Notes: generated from the sequence alone by a model not told the origin. Counted from the stretch's first letter, positions 52,747-63,553 are shown. The stretch is 64,000 bases of DNA from an uncultured bacterium (GCA_902780135.1 CACZEK010000005.1:130839-194838), one strand, 5' to 3'. Program-made: numbers and translations.

Positions 52747-54041
52747 AGCTCCTCAATGCGAAGCAGGCAGATCTTGCCGTGGACGGCGTCGAACGCCTCC
52801 ATGGCGGTGATCGCCTGGCGGACGGCGGCTTCCTTCGCCTCGTGCGTGATGATGACGATGGACGCTTCGCCGGACGTATTTTTCGAAACCGGGTTCTGCA
52901 TCAGGCGGGACACGCTCACGCCCTGCTCGGACAGGATGCCGGCGAGTTTCGCGAGCACGCCGGGACGGTCCGTGACCGTGAGGCGCAGGTAGTAGCGCGA
53001 GGTGATCTCCTCCATCGGGACGATCCCGGCGCATTCGACGGACTTGCGGTATGCCGGGATGCGGACCGGGATGCCGCCCGCGAGGTTGAGCGCGGCGTCG
53101 GCGATGTCGGACACGACCGCGCTGGCGGTGGCGGCGCGGCCCGCGCCCCGGCCGTAGAAGAGGGTGTCGCCGACGAAATCGCCGTTGACCATGACGCCGT
53201 TGAAGACGTCGGAGATGCCGGCGAGCGGGGCGTGCTTCGGGATGAGCGTGGGATGGACGCGCACCTCAATGCGGCTGTCGGCGCACTGCTTGATGATGGC
53301 GAGCAGCTTGATCTTGTAGCCGAGCTCGTCCGCGCAGCGGATGTCGGACAGCGAGACGTCGCGGATGCCCTGCACGTAGATCTCGTTGGTGTTGTGCCAG
53401 CCGCCGTACGCCAGCGAGGCGAGGATGACCGCCTTGTGCGCGGTGTCGAATCCGTCGATGTCGAGCGACGGGTTCGCCTCGGCGTAGCCGAGCCGCTGGG
53501 CGTCCTTCAGGACCTCCTCGAAACCGAGGTTTTCGCGCTCCATGCGGGTGAAGATGTAGTTGCACGTGCCGTTCAGGATGCCGAAGATGCGGTTGATGCG
53601 GTTGCCCACGAAGCCTTCGCGCAGGCTCTTGATGATCGGGATGCCGCCCGCCACGCTCGCTTCGTAGAACACCGTGCCGCCGCCCGCTTCCGCCGCGTCG
53701 AAGATCTCGCGGCCGTAGTCCGCCAGCAGCGCCTTGTTCGCCGTGACGACCGTCTTGCCCTGTTCGAGCGCGCTCAGGATGAACTTGCGCGAAACGGTCG
53801 TGCCGCCGATCAGCTCCACCACGATGTCGCTCTTCGCGATCACGGACGGGGTGTCGCTCGTCAGCAATCCGGGCGGAACGGCCACGCCGCGGTCCGTCGT
53901 CGTATCGAGGTCGCCGATCCCGGTCAGTTCCACATCCACGCCGGTCCGTTCGCAGATCAGACCGCGGTTTTTCAGAAGACAATCCGCCACTCCGGCGCCG
54001 ACCGTGCCGAATCCGAGGATTCCCACACTCACATGTTTCAT
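52743..54041 (-). CDS. hom: Homoserine dehydrogenase
   Basis: VGILGFGTVGAGV Rossmann motif, VVTANKALLA, GILNGTCNYI, C-terminal ACT domain. Confidence 0.9.
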   Translation of the reverse strand: MKHVSVGILGFGTVGAGVADCLLKNRGLICERTGVDVELTGIGDLDTTTDRGVAVPPGLLTSDTPSVIAKSDIVVELIGGTTVSRKFILSALEQGKTVVTANKALLADYGREIFDAAEAGGGTVFYEASVAGGIPIIKSLREGFVGNRINRIFGILNGTCNYIFTRMERENLGFEEVLKDAQRLGYAEANPSLDIDGFDTAHKAVILASLAYGGWHNTNEIYVQGIRDVSLSDIRCADELGYKIKLLAIIKQCADSRIEVRVHPTLIPKHAPLAGISDVFNGVMVNGDFVGDTLFYGRGAGRAATASAVVSDIADAALNLAGGIPVRIPAYRKSVECAGIVPMEEITSRYYLRLTVTDRPGVLAKLAGILSEQGVSVSRLMQNPVSKNTSGEASIVIITHEAKEAAVRQAITAMEAFDAVHGKICLLRIEEL

Positions 54042-54083
54042 ATTACGTTACTCCGGTTTCTGGGAAAAATAAGTTATCTTCAT

Positions 54084-54112
54084 AATATACACCCCTGCCC
54101 GGAAAAATGAAA
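54084..54112 (-). promoter_or_regulatory. Possible promoter of the hom-led array
   Basis: Reverse strand: TTTCAT (54112-54107), 17-nt spacer, TATATT (54089-54084). The -35 box is weak. Confidence 0.35.
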
Positions 54113-54123
54113 GTCCTCTTTTT

Positions 54124-54165
54124 AAAAAAAACGGCATCCCGGCCCTGTGGAAAGCCGGAATGCCG
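54124..54165 (-). terminator. Rho-independent terminator after the second esterase gene
   Basis: Reverse strand: cggcattccggc-(10 nt)-gccgggatgccg (12 bp, one G-U pair) followed by T8. Confidence 0.7.
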
Positions 54166-54237
54166 GAAAATGACGGATGCCGCCGGCGGCACGGAAGGAT
54201 GCCGGACCGCCGTTCCGCGGCTCAGGTCAGACGCGGA

Positions 54238-55464
<1,227 letters not shown>

Positions 55465-55586
55465 TTAAGAATGTCGAATTGAAAAACAATTTCCACTAAA
55501 GTACAGCGAAAACGCGCGTTTGTCAATCCCGCGAACACGCTTTTTGCTGAAAAATGCGGAAAAACCGTGATGAAAAACGAAGCGGG

Positions 55587-56099
55587 TCAACGTATCGGGA
55601 TAGAAAAGAATGACGCGCCGATGGCAAGTCCCAGAAAAAGGAGATTCGCCACTTTCAGAAGCGTGGCCCGTTCGAACAGTTGAATGACGATCAGCCCGGC
55701 GGTCATCAGATAAAGGACATCGAACACACCGAGAGGAAGATGGTCCCAGAAGAGGATCCCGAGCATGATGAAGCAGGAGATCCACGCCGCGGTCCGGCTT
55801 TCCGAAAAAACCATCTCCGCCAGCAGATACAGGCAGAAAAACAGAAACCACTGGAGAGAATGGCTGGTGACGAAACAATCCGCCACCAGAGCGAGAAACA
55901 GAACGCCCCCGACCGCCTTCAGCCAGTGGTCTTTCGCCAGTTGAAGCCAGCGGGGGCCGGACGCGCACGGTTCCTCGTCCCCGGAGTCGGATTCCGGAGA
56001 AGGTTCCGGTTCGTTGCGGGCGTAGTCGGCGGGATCGAACGGGGCCTCGCCGGCTCCGTCCCGCGGAGAATGCCCGTCCTCGTCCGTTCGCGCCGACAT
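55587..56099 (-). CDS. Small membrane protein (170 aa): acidic N-terminal tail plus about 4 TM helices
   Basis: Only the last 171 codons of the 1049-aa track ORF look real. MSARTDEDGHSPRDG...DSGDEEP, then VGGVLFLALVADCF, WFLFFCLYLLAEMV, AAWISCFIMLGILFW, LYLMTAGLIVIQLF, LLFLGLAIGASFF. Confidence 0.6.
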   Translation of the reverse strand: MSARTDEDGHSPRDGAGEAPFDPADYARNEPEPSPESDSGDEEPCASGPRWLQLAKDHWLKAVGGVLFLALVADCFVTSHSLQWFLFFCLYLLAEMVFSESRTAAWISCFIMLGILFWDHLPLGVFDVLYLMTAGLIVIQLFERATLLKVANLLFLGLAIGASFFSIPIR

Positions 56100-56131
56100 C
56101 GGAAGAACCGCCGGGGAAGAATGGGGTTGTG

Positions 56132-56419
56132 TTACTCGAGGGAGGCGAGCCACTCGGCGACGGCGTCGGCGGAGCCGCCTTCGGTTTTGATCTCCTCCTC
56201 GTAGACCTCGCAGATCATGGCGGAGAGGTGCTCTATGTCGATCTTCTTGCCCGCGAGCTCGCTGACGGTCTTCAGCAGGTCGTGCTTGGTGAACGTGTAG
56301 TTGTTGGCTGCGACGAGGTCGGCGATCTCCTTGGCGGATGCGGCGCGGCCGATGGCATCGCGGAATTCGTCGTCGGACATGAGGCGGACACAGAAGGCTT
56401 TTGCGAGTTCGATGGACAT
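56132..56419 (-). CDS. Nif11-domain protein (95 aa) with a Gly-Gly motif before a 13-aa tail
   Basis: Start at ATG 56419. MSIELAKAFCVRLMSDDEFRDAIGRAASAKEIADLVAANNYTFTKHDL matches the Nif11 / N11P leader-type domain pattern. ...EEEIKTEGG-SADAVAEWLASLE. Confidence 0.7.
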   Translation of the reverse strand: MSIELAKAFCVRLMSDDEFRDAIGRAASAKEIADLVAANNYTFTKHDLLKTVSELAGKKIDIEHLSAMICEVYEEEIKTEGGSADAVAEWLASLE

Positions 56420-56466
56420 ACTGAAATCCTTTCGATGGGGGTGTTGAATGACAGGTCGTTTGAGAT

Positions 56467-56495
56467 ACAATAGCACGGAACATGCGAAAAATCAA
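56467..56495 (-). promoter_or_regulatory. sigma70-like promoter for the Nif11-type gene
   Basis: Reverse strand: TTGATT (56495-56490), 17-nt spacer, TATTGT (56472-56467), just downstream of the uvrC stop. Confidence 0.45.
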
Positions 56496-56554
56496 CGCGG
56501 AAACGGAAAAACGGCGGAAAAATGAGGGAAAACGGCAAGGATGCCGAGCCGCGT

Positions 56555-58051
56555 TCACAGCGGATCGACCGAGCCGTCGGCGGCGTGCTTCGCGAGGTAG
56601 TCGCAGATGGTGCGCGCGAACTCGATGCCGATGCCGCCGACGCGGGACGCGATCTCCTCCGGCGTGGCGCTGCGGAGCGCGCGGACGGAGCCGAATTCCC
56701 GCAGAAGCGCGGCCTTCCTCGCCTCGCCGATGCCCTCGATCTCGTCCAGCAGGGAATCGCGGATGGTCTTCAGCCGGAGTTCGCGGTGGTAGGTGATGGC
56801 GAACCGGTGCGCCTCGTCGCGGACCGCCTGCAGAAGTTTGACCGCGGCGCTGTCCAGCGGCAGGCGGACGGACTCGGATTCGCCGGGGATGAAGACCTCC
56901 TCGTGCTTTTTCGCGAGGCCGATGACGGGGAACGGCGGGCAGTGGATGGCAACGAGGGCGTCGAGCGCGCTGGAGAGCTGGCCCTTGCCGCCGTCGACCA
57001 TGAGCAGGTCGGGCAGCGGGCGGCCTTCCTCCATGAGGCGCGTAAAATGCCGCGTGACCGCCTCCTTCATCATCGCGAAGTCGTTCGGCCCCTCGACCGT
57101 GCGGATGCGGAACCGGCGGTATTTCTTCTTGTCGGGGCGTCCGCCGGTGAAATGCACCATGCTGGCGACGGCGAGCGTGCCGGAGATGTTCGAGATGTCG
57201 AAACACTCGATGTTTTCGGGCATGACGGGCAGGCACAGCTCCTCGCCGAGCTCCTTCACCGCGCCCTCGCCCGCGACGAGCGACGGGATCCGCACGTTCG
57301 CGAGGTTGCGGCGGCGTCCGGCGTAGAGGCAGTCGAGGTTGTCCGCCACATCGCGCAGGTTGGCGGCCTTCTCGAACTGCTGTTTCGAGGCGGCCTCCGC
57401 CATGCGCTGCTTCAGGATCGCGGCGACCTCGCCGATGTGCCCGTTCAGAACGTCGATCAGCTTCTTCACGCGTTCGTCGTATTCCTCCTTCGTGACCTCG
57501 CCCACGCACGGGCGGCAGCAGTCGCGGACGGTCCCGGCGAGGCAGTGCGCGCGGTCCTCCGGCCCCGGCTCGGCGCAGCGGCACACGCGGATGCCGAAAT
57601 GCCGCACGAGGAAGTCGGCGGTGAGGTGGAGCGCGCCGCCCTTCGGGAACGGCCCGAAGTAGAGGCAGGAATCGTCCTTCTTGAGGCGGGCGAACCTGAG
57701 GCGCGGGAACGTCTCGGCGGGGTCGATCTTCAGCATCAGGTAGCGCTTGTCGTCGCGCATGAGGACGTTGTAGTGCGGCGCGTACTCCTTGATGAGGCGG
57801 GATTCGAGGATCAGCGCCTCGTCCTCGGTACGGACCGTGATGGTCTCCCAGGTGGCGATGGAGTGGATCAGCGAGCGCAGTTTCGGGTCGGCGGTGCGGA
57901 TGCGCGAGTCCTGAAAATACTGGCTCATGCGCCGCCTCAGGTTCGCCGCCTTGCCCACGTAGATGACCGTGCCGAAGCGGTCGCGGTAGATGTAGCAGCC
58001 CGGCTTGTCCGGGATGTCCGACGGCCTGAACTCGGGATGCAGTTTCGACAT
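56555..58051 (-). CDS. uvrC: Excinuclease ABC subunit C
   Basis: GIY-YIG domain PGCYIYRDRFGTVIYVGKAANLRRRMSQYF. UVR-like FEKAANLRDV. C-terminal HhH pair GIGEARKAALLREFGS...GIGIEFA. 498 aa, shorter than the roughly 600 aa typical. Confidence 0.9.
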   Translation of the reverse strand: MSKLHPEFRPSDIPDKPGCYIYRDRFGTVIYVGKAANLRRRMSQYFQDSRIRTADPKLRSLIHSIATWETITVRTEDEALILESRLIKEYAPHYNVLMRDDKRYLMLKIDPAETFPRLRFARLKKDDSCLYFGPFPKGGALHLTADFLVRHFGIRVCRCAEPGPEDRAHCLAGTVRDCCRPCVGEVTKEEYDERVKKLIDVLNGHIGEVAAILKQRMAEAASKQQFEKAANLRDVADNLDCLYAGRRRNLANVRIPSLVAGEGAVKELGEELCLPVMPENIECFDISNISGTLAVASMVHFTGGRPDKKKYRRFRIRTVEGPNDFAMMKEAVTRHFTRLMEEGRPLPDLLMVDGGKGQLSSALDALVAIHCPPFPVIGLAKKHEEVFIPGESESVRLPLDSAAVKLLQAVRDEAHRFAITYHRELRLKTIRDSLLDEIEGIGEARKAALLREFGSVRALRSATPEEIASRVGGIGIEFARTICDYLAKHAADGSVDPL

Positions 58052-58078
58052 GCGCGCCTCCGTTCCCCCTCGGTCCGC

Positions 58079-59131
58079 TCAGACGCGCCCGGTGATCAGC
58101 ATGCAGTCGCCGTAGCTGAAGAACTTCATGCGTTCCCGCACGGCGATGCGGTATGCCTTGCGGATCGGCTCCATGCCGGCGAACGCGGACACGAGCATGA
58201 GGAGCGTGCTTTTCGGCAGGTGGAAGTTCGTAAGGAGCATGTCGGCGGAGCGCACGTGGTACGGCGGGTAGATGTAGATGGACGTCTCCCCGGTGCGCGC
58301 CGTGAAGACGCCGCGACCGTCCACGCAGGATTCGAGCGTGCGGAGCGAGGTGGTGCCGACGGCGAGGATGCGGCCCCCGGCGGCGCGGACGCGGTTGAGG
58401 CGTTCGGCGGCCTCCGGCGAAAAGACGAAATACTCCGCGTGCATCGGGTGGTCCTCGATCTTCTCCTCGGACACGGGCTTGAACGTGCCCGCGCCGACGT
58501 GAAGCGTGAGCTCGACGCGCTCCACGCCCTTTTCCTTCAGCGCGGCGAACGTCTTCTCCGTGAAATGCAGCCCGGCGGTCGGCGCCGCGACCGCGCCCCT
58601 GCACTGGGCGTAGATCGTCTGGTAACGGTCGCTGTCCAGCGGCCGGTCGGGACGCTTGATGTACGGCGGCAGGGGCAGGTGTCCGCAGGCGGCGAAGATT
58701 TCGTGCGGCTCGCCGCCCGTGAGGTCGATCACGCACGAGCCGTCCGGGAGCTTCCCGGCGACCGTCACGCGGTACGGGGAGAGTTCGCCGCCGGAGGTGC
58801 GCAACCTCAGCACGGTGCCTTCCTTCAGGCGTTTCGCGCCGCGCGCGAGGCAGATCCAGCGGCCTTCCGTGTCGGGGTTCAGGTAGAAAAGTTCGACTTC
58901 CGCGCCGGTGGATTCCTTGCGCGCGAACATGCGGGCGGGGATCACGCGGGTGTTGTTCAGCACGATCGCGTCGCCGCGCCGGAGGTGGTCCGGGAGCGAT
59001 TCGAACATGCCGATCGAAACGTCGGACGTGGCGGGGTCCAGCACGAGCATGCGGTCCGCGCCGCGCACCTGCGACGGCTCCTGCGCGATCAGTTCCTCGG
59101 GCAGTTCGTAGTCGAAATCACTGGTGAGCAT
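58079..59131 (-). CDS. queA: S-adenosylmethionine:tRNA ribosyltransferase-isomerase
   Basis: FDYELPEELIAQEP, LPPYIKR, APTAGLHFT, GTTSLRTLES. Confidence 0.93.
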   Translation of the reverse strand: MLTSDFDYELPEELIAQEPSQVRGADRMLVLDPATSDVSIGMFESLPDHLRRGDAIVLNNTRVIPARMFARKESTGAEVELFYLNPDTEGRWICLARGAKRLKEGTVLRLRTSGGELSPYRVTVAGKLPDGSCVIDLTGGEPHEIFAACGHLPLPPYIKRPDRPLDSDRYQTIYAQCRGAVAAPTAGLHFTEKTFAALKEKGVERVELTLHVGAGTFKPVSEEKIEDHPMHAEYFVFSPEAAERLNRVRAAGGRILAVGTTSLRTLESCVDGRGVFTARTGETSIYIYPPYHVRSADMLLTNFHLPKSTLLMLVSAFAGMEPIRKAYRIAVRERMKFFSYGDCMLITGRV

Positions 59132-60584
59132 CTTCGTACATCCGCTCGTAGTTTCCGGCGGTGCGGTTCCAGGAGAAGTCCGTGGTCATGGCGCGGCGGA
59201 TCATCTTGCGGAAGACCGCGGGCTTGCCCTGGCGGACGTTCGCCGCCCAGGTGATCGTGTTGTTCAGCGCCATGGAGTTCAGGTCCCAGAAGACGAACCC
59301 GGTCGCGGGATCCTTTTCGTTCGTGAGATTGATCACGGTGTCGGCGAGGCCGCCGGTGCTGCGGACGATGGGGAGCGTGCCGTAGCGCATGCTGTACATC
59401 TGGTTGAGTCCGCACGGCTCGTAGCGGGAGGGCATGACGAAGAAGTCCGCGCCCGCCTCGGCGAGGTGCGCGGTCGCCTGGCTGGCGTATCCGATGTAGA
59501 CGCCGATCTTGCCGGGGAATTTTCCGGCGAGGTAGCGGAACCAGTTTTCGAGGTACATGTCGCCGCTGCCGATCACCACGAACTGCATGTCGAAGTTCTG
59601 CGCGAGGTATTCGAGGCCGCGCGCGAAGACGTCCAGCCCCTTCTGTTCGGCGAAGCGCGAAATGGTGGCGAAGAGCGGCACGCCGGGATCCTGCTTCAGC
59701 CCGAACTGCTCCTGCAGCGCCTTCTTGCAGACCGCCTTGCCGGAGAGGTCGTCGGGCGTGAACGTGGCGGGCAGGGTCCTGTCCTTCGCGGGGTCCCACT
59801 CGTCCACGTCGATGCCGTTCAGGATGCCGCGGAGCCTGCCGCGGGCGGCGACGTGCCGGAGCGAGGCGTCGAGGCCGAATCCGTATTCGGGGGAGAGGAT
59901 CTCGGACGCGTAGGTCGGGCTGACGGCGTTCACCATGTCGGAGGTCATGATGCCGCCGTGCAGGTAGTTGATGCAGTCGTGGAACTCGAGGCAGGTGTAG
60001 TTGAAGTAGTCCCAGCCCAGCCCGGTCCAGTACAGCTTGTCCTTCGGGAAGATCCCCTGGTACCCGATGTTGTGGATCGTGAGCGCGCTGCGGCAGTTCT
60101 GGAACGCCGGAAGCGTGCGGTAGTAGTCGCTTTTCAGGTACACGCTGCACAGCGCGGCGTGCCAGTCGTTCACGTGCAGGATGTCCGGGTTGAGCTTGCG
60201 GAGCGCGGCGACCTCCATGGCGGCGCGGCAGAAGAACGCGAACCGCTCGGCGTTGTCGCCGTATTCCCGGCCGTCCCAGTCGTAGAGGCGCGGCCGGTCG
60301 AAGAAGCGGTCGTACTCCAGGAACATGAACGTGAGGTTGTCGCCTGCCTTCAGGATATTGACGCCCGCCCACTCGATGCCGGGGCCGAACGGCACGCCGA
60401 TGAGGTCGAGGCGTTCGTCGAACTTGAGGTTGAGCTTCCCCATCTGCTGGCGGTAATACGGCATGAAGACGGTTACCTGGTGTCCGCGTTTGGCGAGGGC
60501 TTCCGGCAGCGCGCCGGAGACGTCGGCGAGGCCGCCTGTTTTGGCGTAGGGAGTGGCTTCGCTGGTAACCCATAAGATTTTCAT
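59118..60584 (-). CDS. glgA: Glycogen synthase (ADP-glucose type)
   Basis: MKILWVTSEATPYAKTGGLADV, HVNDWH, PSRYEPCGLNQMY. Confidence 0.92.
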   Translation of the reverse strand: MKILWVTSEATPYAKTGGLADVSGALPEALAKRGHQVTVFMPYYRQQMGKLNLKFDERLDLIGVPFGPGIEWAGVNILKAGDNLTFMFLEYDRFFDRPRLYDWDGREYGDNAERFAFFCRAAMEVAALRKLNPDILHVNDWHAALCSVYLKSDYYRTLPAFQNCRSALTIHNIGYQGIFPKDKLYWTGLGWDYFNYTCLEFHDCINYLHGGIMTSDMVNAVSPTYASEILSPEYGFGLDASLRHVAARGRLRGILNGIDVDEWDPAKDRTLPATFTPDDLSGKAVCKKALQEQFGLKQDPGVPLFATISRFAEQKGLDVFARGLEYLAQNFDMQFVVIGSGDMYLENWFRYLAGKFPGKIGVYIGYASQATAHLAEAGADFFVMPSRYEPCGLNQMYSMRYGTLPIVRSTGGLADTVINLTNEKDPATGFVFWDLNSMALNNTITWAANVRQGKPAVFRKMIRRAMTTDFSWNRTAGNYERMYEDAHQ

Positions 60585-60650
60585 GGTGCGGTTCCTTTCG
60601 GGGTGAATCGGGGACGGGGTGGGGAAACGTTTTTCGGGGGGAAGAGAGGT

Positions 60651-61601
60651 TCAGGAGCGGCGCATTTCCTCGCGCGCCTGCCTGAGGCGCTGGAGCTCCT
60701 GTTCGGTCAGGCTGTTGATGCCGCTGCGGGAGATCTTGTCGAGCAGATAGTCGAGCTCGCGCTGGGAGACGCGCGTGCCGTTGAACCCGTAGTTGGAGCC
60801 CGTGCTGAAGTTCGGGCCGTAGTCGGAATCGCGCTCCGGGCCGCGTCGGTAGGTCCAGCCGGAGGCGCCGTTGTCGCCGCTGCTGCTGCCGCGCGGCGGA
60901 CGGTATCCGCGCTGCCAGGCGCGGGGGGACACCGGATCCCAGAGCATTTCGCGGCGGAAGAAGATCTTGATGAAAAGGTAGCCGCCGATGAAGCCGGCGA
61001 TGTGGACGAGGTTCGCCACGCCGGGCTGGCCGCCCGTGATCTCCAGGACCAGCTCCAGCGCAAAGAAGACGATCGCCATGGTCCGGAGCTTGACCGGGAA
61101 CGGGATGAAGAAGAGGAGCATCGGCGTTTCCGGCGCCATGACCGCGGCCGCCGCCGTGACCGCCATGACCGCGCCGCTCGCGCCGCAGAGCACCGCCGGG
61201 CTGTTCCACGACGCCGCCAGCCAGATCAGGTTGCCGAGCAGGCCCGTGGAGAGGTAGAGTCCGAGGAACGCCCTGCCGCCGAGGCGCGGCGCGACGATGC
61301 CGCCGAAGACGTAAAGGCCCCACATGTTGAACAGGATATGCCCGAATCCGCCGTGCATGAACATCGCGGTCAGCGGCTGCCAGTACATCCCGCCGCGGAA
61401 CTGGTCCGGGCTGAGCCAGAGGGTCTCAATGGCGAACCGTTCCCGCGTGAGGGTGAAAAGGAAGAGAGCCGCGTTGACCGCGATCAGCGCGTAAATGCAT
61501 TTCAGCCCGGTCTGCAGCTTGTTTTCCGGTTCGGGCCGCCGCCTCATATAGTCTCTGTCGTCCAGCATGGTCCTGTGTCTCCTGTCAAAAACGTTACGCA
61601 A
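60651..61601 (-). CDS. Rhomboid-family intramembrane serine protease with a C-terminal extension of about 110 aa
   Basis: HGGFGHILFNMW (HxxxN), catalytic GASGAV, HIAGFIGG. The C-terminal tail is Gly/Ser/Arg-rich and ends in a helical ELDYLLDKI...LRQAREEMRRS segment. Confidence 0.85.
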   Translation of the reverse strand: MRNVFDRRHRTMLDDRDYMRRRPEPENKLQTGLKCIYALIAVNAALFLFTLTRERFAIETLWLSPDQFRGGMYWQPLTAMFMHGGFGHILFNMWGLYVFGGIVAPRLGGRAFLGLYLSTGLLGNLIWLAASWNSPAVLCGASGAVMAVTAAAAVMAPETPMLLFFIPFPVKLRTMAIVFFALELVLEITGGQPGVANLVHIAGFIGGYLFIKIFFRREMLWDPVSPRAWQRGYRPPRGSSSGDNGASGWTYRRGPERDSDYGPNFSTGSNYGFNGTRVSQRELDYLLDKISRSGINSLTEQELQRLRQAREEMRRS

Positions 61602-61712
61602 ACAATAATATACTCCGCGGGCAGGCGTTTTTCAAGCAGAAAACGGAAAGGACGGGCCGCGCGCCGCGATCCCCGTTTGCGCCGCGCGCGGGCAAAGCCG
61701 GACGGGAAACGG

Positions 61713-63500
61713 TCAATAATAGTTTTTGATCGTGCTGTAGACGTAGGAGAGCGTGATCTTCCCGTTCGCGGGGACGGTGATCTCCCAGACCAGCTTGTTC
61801 TTGTCGTTCCTGAGACTGTCGCTCGACAGCCGGGTCTGCTTCGGATCGCCGTCCGCCTTGATCAGGTCGCCGTAGAAGACGGAATCAATGATCATTTTGA
61901 CCGCCTCGCCGCCCCGGTTGACGACGACGATCTCCGCCGTGACGTCCGGATGGGCGTAGGTGTTGGTCCCGTAGGAAGTATGTTCGGTGAACACGCGGTC
62001 GCGGTTTCCGGTCTCCCTGTCGGAAATCGTGCAGGAAACCGTCAGGGCGCGCGTCATCCGGACCTCGGCGGGCGCGCCCGGCGAAAACCAGGTCCCGACG
62101 CTCTGTCCGAAGACCTTGCCGTCGCGTTCGATCTCGTAGGGGGCGGTGGTGAGGGCGAAATCGAACGGGTTGCGGAAGTGGATGGCGCTCCACGGCTCGG
62201 GGCCGGCGGCGTACTTGTCCGAACGCCCGCGGGAATATGTCCCGGAGAGCGGCGCGGACCAGACGACGACCTGTTCGTAGTCGGTTTCCTTCGACGCGAT
62301 GGGGATGTACAGCGTGTCGCCCTTGTTCATGGAGAGCCTGCCGAGGGATTTGTACTGGATGTCGTCCCGGTCGGCATCGGCGTCGGGAATGTCGGCTATG
62401 GGGATGTCTCCGATGGGATCGGGGACGAAGCTGTTCGACAGGACGGACGCCGCCTGCCCCATGACGCCGCCGGAAGACCGTCCGAACCCGCTGCCGCCCG
62501 AAGCCAGGGACTGGATGAACTGGCTGAGGGTGATCTTCTTCGTCACGGAGGAAAGCGCGTTGGCAAACGCCATGTTCGGGAACCCGGAGATCAGCTCGAC
62601 CTCGGCGTTCTCGAACGATTCGACGGTGTTCATGAGCGTGGCGGTCATGGAGACCGTCATTTTGCCGTCGCCCCGGAGGTTCATGCGGTAGAACGGGGAC
62701 CAGGTGAAGCCGCTGCTCAGATACCGCATGCTGACGGGCCCCCGGTGCTTTTCCGGCGCCTGCACGACCTGGATCTCCTCCAGCGCCTCGTCGTTCGGCG
62801 AGGAGCCGCCCCTCTGGACATAGTCCCTGTCGTCGGAAATCGTTTTCGAGCGGATTTCCGAGATGTCGTCCCTGCGGACGGTCACATAGCCGCCGTCGTC
62901 CGTCCGGACGGTAACATAATCGTAGCTCACCGGGGCTTTCGGCTTCGCGCTTTCCGTGCTGTAGCTGGAATAGGACGAACTGCTCCGCACCAGGTAACTG
63001 TAGACCGACGAACTCAGATAGGCGTCGTCCTCCGTTTTCCTCACGAACGCCGGAGATACGTCCTGCGTGCCGAGCACCTGCCCCGAGATCTCGGTCCCGT
63101 CCTTCTTTTTCAGCGTGACATGCTGCCATTCGTAGATGTCCGTCAGCGATCTCCACGCCACGCCGTACCCGGGCGCGGCGTTTTTCGGTTTCGGAGCCGC
63201 TTTCAGCGTGGTGCGCCGGAACAGCGTTTCCGCGGGATCGAACCACAGTGTGCCGTGGCGGGGCGCGATGGAACTGTTCAGGATGAGCGGTTCGGACCAG
63301 TCGCGCGGCGCGATCTCGCGCGTGACGAATCCGAACCCGTTTTTGTAGAGGGAAAGCTTCACGATCGGGGCGTTGTCGGATTGTTCCGCGGATTTTTCGT
63401 TTGCGGCGGACTGCGCGTGGAGCGCGGCGGGCGCGAACGCGGCGGCGAGGACGATAGCGAGGACGGCGGCGCAGGGCAGAACGAACAGGGATCTCTTCAT
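61713..63500 (-). CDS. Secreted protein of unknown function (595 aa), possibly DUF4139-like
   Basis: Signal peptide MKRSLFVLPCAAVLAIVLAAAFAPAALHA, with beta-rich sequence throughout. The family guess rests only on general resemblance (VKLSLYKNGFGFVTREI...). Confidence 0.7.
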   Translation of the reverse strand: MKRSLFVLPCAAVLAIVLAAAFAPAALHAQSAANEKSAEQSDNAPIVKLSLYKNGFGFVTREIAPRDWSEPLILNSSIAPRHGTLWFDPAETLFRRTTLKAAPKPKNAAPGYGVAWRSLTDIYEWQHVTLKKKDGTEISGQVLGTQDVSPAFVRKTEDDAYLSSSVYSYLVRSSSSYSSYSTESAKPKAPVSYDYVTVRTDDGGYVTVRRDDISEIRSKTISDDRDYVQRGGSSPNDEALEEIQVVQAPEKHRGPVSMRYLSSGFTWSPFYRMNLRGDGKMTVSMTATLMNTVESFENAEVELISGFPNMAFANALSSVTKKITLSQFIQSLASGGSGFGRSSGGVMGQAASVLSNSFVPDPIGDIPIADIPDADADRDDIQYKSLGRLSMNKGDTLYIPIASKETDYEQVVVWSAPLSGTYSRGRSDKYAAGPEPWSAIHFRNPFDFALTTAPYEIERDGKVFGQSVGTWFSPGAPAEVRMTRALTVSCTISDRETGNRDRVFTEHTSYGTNTYAHPDVTAEIVVVNRGGEAVKMIIDSVFYGDLIKADGDPKQTRLSSDSLRNDKNKLVWEITVPANGKITLSYVYSTIKNYY

Positions 63501-63553
63501 TGCCGGAATTCCTTTCCTGTGTGTCAGATAAGCGGCGGAAAAAAGTTTTTGTT

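Noticed and set aside
56555-58051. The short (498 aa) UvrC as a truncated gene or pseudogene
   Set aside because: GIY-YIG, Cys-rich, UVR, endonuclease and HhH regions are all present in order in an uninterrupted ORF. The shorter length is probably due to shorter linkers.
55587-58736. 1049-aa minus-strand ORF running through uvrC and queA
   Set aside because: It is an alternative frame of genes with unmistakable UvrC and QueA motifs. Only its last 171 codons (55587-56099, hydrophobic helices) look like a real, separate gene.
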